64,000 nt of DNA from positions 3,712,001 to 3,776,000 of the forward strand of contig OZ244653.1 in NCBI GenBank assembly GCA_965218795.1, in the 5' to 3' direction. The stretch's first letter is position 1. Every line of letters begins with the position of its first letter. Below the pieces are notes generated by a model. It ran no database searches and was not told the DNA's origin. It worked only from the letters and a program-made list of their open reading frames with translations. The translations under genes and the position numbers were made by a program. Origin of the DNA: a bacterium. Lineage in GTDB: Bacteria; UBA8248; JACPRG01; G963555815. This document shows, piece after piece, positions 58,625 through 64,000 of this stretch.

Positions 58625-59761
58625 TCAGCGGCTCAGCAGGGCGTGAAGGATCCGTTGCTGGGCCCTGGAGAGCGGGAGCTGGTCGAGCTCATCCGGCTTG
58701 ACCCATCGGACCTGCGCGTAGGCCCCGGGGGCTTTTTTCGCCTGCTTTCCCGACTGGACCCTCTTGGCTGCGAAGATTCGATAGGTGATACGGCGGTGCG
58801 TCAACGTTGCCGATATTTCTTTCAGCATTTCTCCAAGTGTGACCCGTAGCCCCGCACGCTCGAAAAGTCGTTTCGACAGACCTTTTTCAGGCGACGAATT
58901 TTCCGTGAACTCCGCGCCGGGAAGTTCCCAGAGCCCCCCGAACAGGCCGTTGTCGGGATTCCGGGCCATGAGCGCGCTCCCGCGACGCCGCGCCCAGATG
59001 CATCCGACCGTGACGGCGGTCGGAATCGGCTTCCGGGTGGAGCCCGTGATCGATTCCTCTTGTCCGGCAAGGCGGGCGGCGCAGTCCGATCGGAGAGGAC
59101 AGAGCAGGCACTTGGGATGCCGGGGGAGGCAGATTCGGGCTCCCAGATCCATCAAGGCCTGGTTGACGTCGCCCGGGCGGGTCGGGCGGCCCCGCGACAC
59201 CAGCGCTTGGGCGAGGGAATCCACCTTTCGGCGGGTTCCCGGTTCGACCGGGTCGCTTTCGATCCCGAACAGGCGGGAGAGGACCCGGCGGACGTTGCCG
59301 TCCACGGCGGGCAGAGGGAGGTCATAGGCGATGCTGCCGATGGCCCCCACGCTGTAGACTCCGATGCCGGGCAGCCGGCCGAGGGCCTTGGGGTCATCGG
59401 GCAGGGCTCCGCCGTGTTCGCGGACAATGATTTTCGCCGCCCGGTGAAGGTTCCGGGCGCGTCCGTAATAGCCCAGCCCCTCCCACATCTTGAGGACGGT
59501 CTGAAGCCGTGCCCGGGCGAGGGCGCCTGCGTCGGGGAAGCGCCTCAGGAAGCGCTCGTAGTACGGAAGGACGGTTTCGACGCGCGTCTGGTGGAGCATG
59601 ACTTCGGAGACCCATATCCGGTAGGGTTCCCGTGTCCGCCGCCAGGGCAGGTCGCGCTTCTCGCGGTCGTACCAGCCGAGGATTTTTCTCCAAATGCCGA
59701 TGATTTTCCTCTGGTCCTGTATGTGGCTTGACTGAGGGATGCTTTCTTTCGTTCGGGTCAT
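58625..59761 (-). CDS. mutY: A/G-specific adenine glycosylase
   Basis: RDLPWR, WVSEVML.QT, WEGLGYYGRARNLH, LPGIG, VDGNVRRV, Fe-S cluster CxxxxPKCxxCPxxxxC. Confidence 0.95.
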   Translation of the reverse strand: MTRTKESIPQSSHIQDQRKIIGIWRKILGWYDREKRDLPWRRTREPYRIWVSEVMLHQTRVETVLPYYERFLRRFPDAGALARARLQTVLKMWEGLGYYGRARNLHRAAKIIVREHGGALPDDPKALGRLPGIGVYSVGAIGSIAYDLPLPAVDGNVRRVLSRLFGIESDPVEPGTRRKVDSLAQALVSRGRPTRPGDVNQALMDLGARICLPRHPKCLLCPLRSDCAARLAGQEESITGSTRKPIPTAVTVGCIWARRRGSALMARNPDNGLFGGLWELPGAEFTENSSPEKGLSKRLFERAGLRVTLGEMLKEISATLTHRRITYRIFAAKRVQSGKQAKKAPGAYAQVRWVKPDELDQLPLSRAQQRILHALLSR

Positions 59762-59878
59762 GGGCTTCTTAGATGGGAGGCGCCCAGAGCGGCGCGTCCG
59801 CTTGTCGATAGTCTCTGAAAAGAAGACGGCATTGAGGTCGAATCGCCATTTCGGATTGCATCCGTTCGTTCATCATAA

Positions 59879-59990
59879 ATGAAAGCAGCCCTCTCCATTC
59901 ACTTTTGGTGGTACAGTTTCGGACGGGTTCATAGAACCCTCCAGGTTACTCCGGCAATGGAGGCGGGAATCACAGAGTCGCATCTGGGCA
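59879..59990 (+). mobile_element. 3' remnant of an IS1-family transposase
   Basis: AALSIHFWWYSFGRVHRTLQVTPAMEAGIT resembles the tail of the transposase at 49945. Confidence 0.65.
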
Positions 59991-60016
59991 ATGGAGCAAC
60001 TTCTGGAGTCGTGTCA

Positions 60017-60944
60017 ATGAGCCAGGCAAAAGAGGCAGTGGGCTACAAAATGGCCGTGGAGAAATATAACCTCTACCACGCTGATTGCTTCACTTGGATG
60101 CAGCAACAACCTGAGAATTCCATTCACGCAATTGTGACTGCCCCCCCCTACGGCTTGAAAGGGTATACCCCTGAAGAGAAAGAAAAATTACGTAAGCGAC
60201 GCGGCGGTGTTTGGCGGATTCCGCCTTCTTTTGATGGATGTCAAAGAGGTCCACTGCCCAGATTCACCGTATTAACACAGGAGGAGCGAAAATGCCTCTT
60301 CAGCTTTTTTGTGACTTTTGCCGAAAGGGCTTTCAAGGTTTTGGTCCCTGGCGGGCATGTCTTCATCGCAACAAATCCTATTCTTTCACAGTTGGTTTAT
60401 GTTCCGCTCATTGACGCTGGATTTGAAAAAAGAGGAGAGGTGATACGCCTCGTTCAAACACTTCGTGGAGGGGATCGGCCAAAAAACGCCCACTAAAGAA
60501 TTCTCGGATGTGACAGTGATGCCCCGGTCCGGTTGGGAACCATGGGGGCTTTTTCGGAAGTCGTGTGAAGGCCGTGTTCAAGACAACCTGAGAAAGTGGA
60601 GTCCTGGGGGCCTTCGGCGAGTCTCGGATGACATCCCATTTTCGGATGTCATCCCTTCTGCACCGACGAGGCCGGAAGAGCGGGCCATTGCACCTCATCC
60701 ATCGCTGAAACCCCAGGCGTTTATGCGGCAAATTGTTCGAGCGTCACTCCCACTGGGTAGAGGAATTGTTCTCGATCCTTTTATGGGGAGCGGATCTACC
60801 ATTGCCGCAGCAGTCGCCGTCAACTATGAGAGTATCGGGCTGGAGATTGATTCGGCGTATTATCGAATGGCTGTTAAGGCTATTCCCAAGCTTGCGGAAT
60901 TCAAGAATGGAAATCGGGCAAAACCAGGGGCAAATGGCATTTGA
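60017..60944 (+). pseudogene. N4/N6 DNA methyltransferase (beta class), inactivated
   Basis: Catalytic DPPY reads APPY; +1 frameshift at about 60494; HPSLKP and VLDPFMGSGST lie in the second frame. Confidence 0.85.
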
Positions 60945-61610
60945 CGCTGAAGGGTTCTGACAGAACGGTTGCACTCCCACCAGGGCTCAGAATTGCCCAT
61001 ATCCGCAATGCGATAGCCTACATTGAGGAGAAGGCTGACGACCTCATTGACCTATTATTATGAGCAAAGCAATGTTTTTAGTGGCGTAGTCGGTATTTTC
61101 GGCATCAAGGCCCTTGACTCCTTCAGCCCATACAAAAAACACAAACATCCCGACATTGCCCAACAAAGATTCCCGGACTTGTCTCTTGACGGAAAACTTA
61201 ACCCACCCTCCGAGCAAGCCCTGGAGTCAAAGGGAAGCACACGGCCATGGGCTATTCAGTCCCATTACAACCACGCTGGCTGGTACATTGTTTGGCGTTA
61301 TGCCGTCGATCCAACCAAACGGATGAAACCGGGCCGAACAGTCGCAATCTGGCGTGTTGATATCCCTTTTCTTCAGGAAAGCGATTGGGAATATGAAACC
61401 AGCAAGGCTGGTGAAGGCAAAGGGGGTCGAACCCACACATTCGGAGTCAAAACTCCTGCAAAGCGGCTTCAAGAGAGTATCATATATGCCACTCCTGAAA
61501 TTGTTCTCCAGCGGGGTGGTCCAACACTCGCAAATGGAGCGAATTCAAATCAGGACACGACCGGGGAATTAATTTTCGATAGACTTTTGTATTCTCTACG
61601 TCTATATTGA
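60934..61610 (+). pseudogene. Probable cognate type II restriction endonuclease, frameshifted
   Basis: Overlaps the MTase stop; FPDL...ALESKG (PD-ExK); 5' part broken by a stop and frameshifts. Confidence 0.65.
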
Positions 61611-61734
61611 GGGCAATGAAACTCTTCAAAGAGGTCAAGACCCAACCAGGAATCCATCCGTTATCGACCCATTCCCGGGAGTACTCCGCCCCTCCGACGA
61701 TCCCGGAATATGGATTGAAATTCTGGAGAGCACG

Positions 61735-62775
61735 ATGACGTTTTCCTCTTTTCGAACAAACGCCATTCTTCAAAGAGGCGATGGGCCAAGTGAGGCGGCC
61801 AAGGACCTCCAACGGGACCTGAGGCGGCTGGGGTATCTGAGGACGGGGATCGGCGGGCAATTCGGGCCCGGGACGGAGCGGGCGGTCAAGGCCCTTCAAT
61901 ACGACCTGCTGAACAATCACGGACGCAGCACGAGGGGCGACGGCGACGCGCCCGTCTCGGTGGCGGATTACAACAAGGGCCGCGTGACGGACATCACGGG
62001 AATCTGCGACCGGCCGCTGGCCCGATGCATCTCCGACATGCTGAGGGATCCGGCCTTTCCCAAGCTGCCCTCGGCGGAAAATCCGAGAGAGGAAAACGCA
62101 AGAGCCCTCCGCGCCGTCGGAGACATGCGGGAACTGAAGACCCCCCTCCCGTTCCTGATGGCCATTCTGGCCCAGGAGAGCAGCCTGCGTCACTATCGCG
62201 TGCCCACTTCGAGGAACGAAGACAACTTCATCACCGTCGGTCTGGACACGAACGCTTCCGAAAAATTCATCATCACCTCCCGCGGGTACGGCATGGGGCA
62301 ACACACGCTCTTCCATCATCCGCCCCAGCCCCAAGAGGTCCGGCAAATCATGCTGGATCCGGTCCGCAACGTTCAGCGGGCGGTCGAAGAGCTCCGGGAG
62401 AAGTTCGACCGCTTCGTCAACGGACGGACCTCGGGCACGCGGGCGGACGACCGGATCAAAGAGGCCGGGACCGGGAATCTCCGTGTGTGCGTCTTCAAGC
62501 GAACCCAGCCGGAACAATACCTGCGGGCCTGCCAGGAGTGCATGAGGAACGCGGGGGAATACGACATCATCGCCCACCAGACGCTCTTGTACGCCGGTTC
62601 CTCACATCGTTACCGGCCTACGCAGTATCATCCCAAGGAAAGATATGAAGGCGTTCCGCGACGCAAGAACATTCCCTGCGACTGGCCCTACGCGGCCCGC
62701 CGCTACAACGGGGCGGGCGTGAATTCCTATCACTACCAGACGCAGGCACTGCTTCGGATTCTCAAGCGGGGGTGA
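61735..62775 (+). CDS. Peptidoglycan-binding domain plus lysozyme/transglycosylase-like protein
   Basis: LQRGD....LQRDLRRLGY....GQFGPGTERAVKALQ; AILAQESS, GYGMGQ, RRYNG. Confidence 0.75.
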   Translation: MTFSSFRTNAILQRGDGPSEAAKDLQRDLRRLGYLRTGIGGQFGPGTERAVKALQYDLLNNHGRSTRGDGDAPVSVADYNKGRVTDITGICDRPLARCISDMLRDPAFPKLPSAENPREENARALRAVGDMRELKTPLPFLMAILAQESSLRHYRVPTSRNEDNFITVGLDTNASEKFIITSRGYGMGQHTLFHHPPQPQEVRQIMLDPVRNVQRAVEELREKFDRFVNGRTSGTRADDRIKEAGTGNLRVCVFKRTQPEQYLRACQECMRNAGEYDIIAHQTLLYAGSSHRYRPTQYHPKERYEGVPRRKNIPCDWPYAARRYNGAGVNSYHYQTQALLRILKRG

Positions 62776-62832
62776 GGTTCGAATCCAGATGACTTATCCT
62801 GGAGGGTGGGCATTTTGGGCACAGGCCCGGGA

Positions 62833-63580
62833 CTACGTTATGCTCGGAAGAGAAGAACAAATTTTCAATTTGGTGATTTGCACTGTAGATATGGAGGGCG
62901 ATAATGGAACCATTCGCACGCCCCATCTAATAATATTAGTGGCTCGTGCCAGAATGTTCCGTTCTGCTTTGAATAACCGTGGTTGAAGCTTTTCGTGCGC
63001 TCTAGGATCATTGTGTTCCCATTTTCGGAAAACTGACCAACTACAATAATCGGCCACCTGAATCCAAGCATTGCTCGTGCGGTGGTGATGGAACGATTCA
63101 AAGGGCATTTTTCGAGGAAGTTCAGCTCGGCATGCTCTTTTGATGGCTTTTTCTACGGAGACTCGGGGTGTCTTCATCGGTAGAGAATCGGTAAACACCA
63201 GGATGCGAGATGTGGAAGGCTGGATTCTTCTTAGTATGAATCGGATTACATGAGACGCAAATCTTGGATAGAAACGGTGGGGTTCCCGGAGCATCGGAAG
63301 AAGCTTGGCCTTTTCTACAACAATCGCCACAAAATTCCAACTTTCGTGGCGAAGCAGGATTTCTATAACCGCTGACTTATGATCGAGTTTGTCCTCGACA
63401 GCGTGAAAAGCCTCAATATTGTGTCCTTTTATTTAAGAGGGAAAAGCGAAGCGAAGTCAGATCGTTAGCCAGGGGCGCAGAATTATACGTCCAGGCCGCC
63501 GCGAAAACATAGTACTTTGTTCCGGTTGGTTTAAAATGAAAGTTGCCGGATTCATCCAGATGGATATGCAGGGTGGCCAC
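62833..63580 (-). pseudogene. DUF3800-family protein, frameshifted
   Basis: Manual N-terminus VATLHIHLDESGNF; frameshift near 63430; C-terminal WIQVADYCSW (QxAD motif). Confidence 0.75.
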
Positions 63581-63598
63581 ATGGTCCCCAAACGCGTG

Positions 63599-63653
63599 AC
63601 CTCCCCGCCTAGCCCGAAGGCCAGCCCCCTGGGGGCTCTTTCAGCGGGGAGGT
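63599..63653. ncRNA. Candidate structured RNA (three-way junction) beside the DUF3800 gene
   Basis: ACCTCCCCGC/GCGGGGAGGT 10-bp stem enclosing GCC-CGAA-GGC and AGCCCC-CTG-GGGGCT hairpins. Confidence 0.5.
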
Positions 63654-63847
63654 ACCTTTTCCTAAGCATCCTATAATTGCAACTCTGCAAGATATGTCCA
63701 ATGATTCAAATTTGCAAGACGTGTTTCCTCATTTTTTCGCTTGGGAAATTGATGGGATCAAGTCTCAAATTCCAAAACTGCGGGAGAACGGATTTTTCTG
63801 AAAATTGACTGGTCTCACCGGAACACGATCACCCCATACGATAAGCG

Positions 63848-64000
63848 TCAGTCCTCGTATTCCCGATACGGCGCAATGTCCGACTCGATGTCCATGCCCT
63901 CGCTGAGCTTGTTGAGCCCCTCGAAATAATCCACCACCGCCAAGACTTCGACCAGCGCGGCGTCGTCCATCCCCATCCGGCGAAGCGCGGTTACGTGCTC
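63848..64000 (-). CDS. C-terminus of a CMD/AhpD-like protein (partial, starts beyond the window)
   Basis: EHVTALRRMGMDDAALVEVLAVVDYFEGLNKLSEGMDIESD...*. Confidence 0.7.
   Translation of the reverse strand, partial: EHVTALRRMGMDDAALVEVLAVVDYFEGLNKLSEGMDIESDIAPYREYED

Noticed and set aside
60494-60496. Stop-codon read-through in the methyltransferase
   Set aside because: The stop is TAA, the continuation is in another frame, and the catalytic motif is also mutated.

Overview
GC-rich bacterial chromosomal window. The gene mix and heavy repeat load resemble an uncultured marine or host-associated bacterium, but taxonomy cannot be established from this window. 1-23 kb is catabolic: a Rieske oxygenase / 2Fe-2S / SdhA-like flavoprotein / M24 cluster, three tandem secreted metallo-beta-lactamase-fold paralogs, dienelactone hydrolase, Mo-hydroxylase (XDH/CoxL-like) subunits and an NMT1-type ABC transporter. 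From about 19.8 kb onward the intergenic DNA is filled with mosaic palindromic repeats, including ATTCCC-N8-GGGAAT units matching Neisseria dRS3. These are interspersed with small cargo: toxin-antitoxin modules, an HD dNTPase plus partner, a DUF5678-like/aspartyl protease pair, a 3-copy micro-membrane-protein family, IS1 and RAYT remnants, a dead R-M pair, and DUF3800 next to a structured RNA. Main points the ORF track misses: (1) an AhpD/CMD gene read through an in-frame UGA (CxxU) with a perfect SECIS-like hairpin; (2) a tRNA-Leu-shaped RNA with a Pro anticodon beside an atypical HicA-like TA pair; (3) a Slam (type 11 secretion) translocon and its TbpB-like lipoprotein separated by about 5 kb of repeats and cargo; (4) a 149-bp gene fragment captured at a repeat; (5) a decaying lipid-headgroup operon. 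All calls come from motif recognition by eye; no database searches were run.
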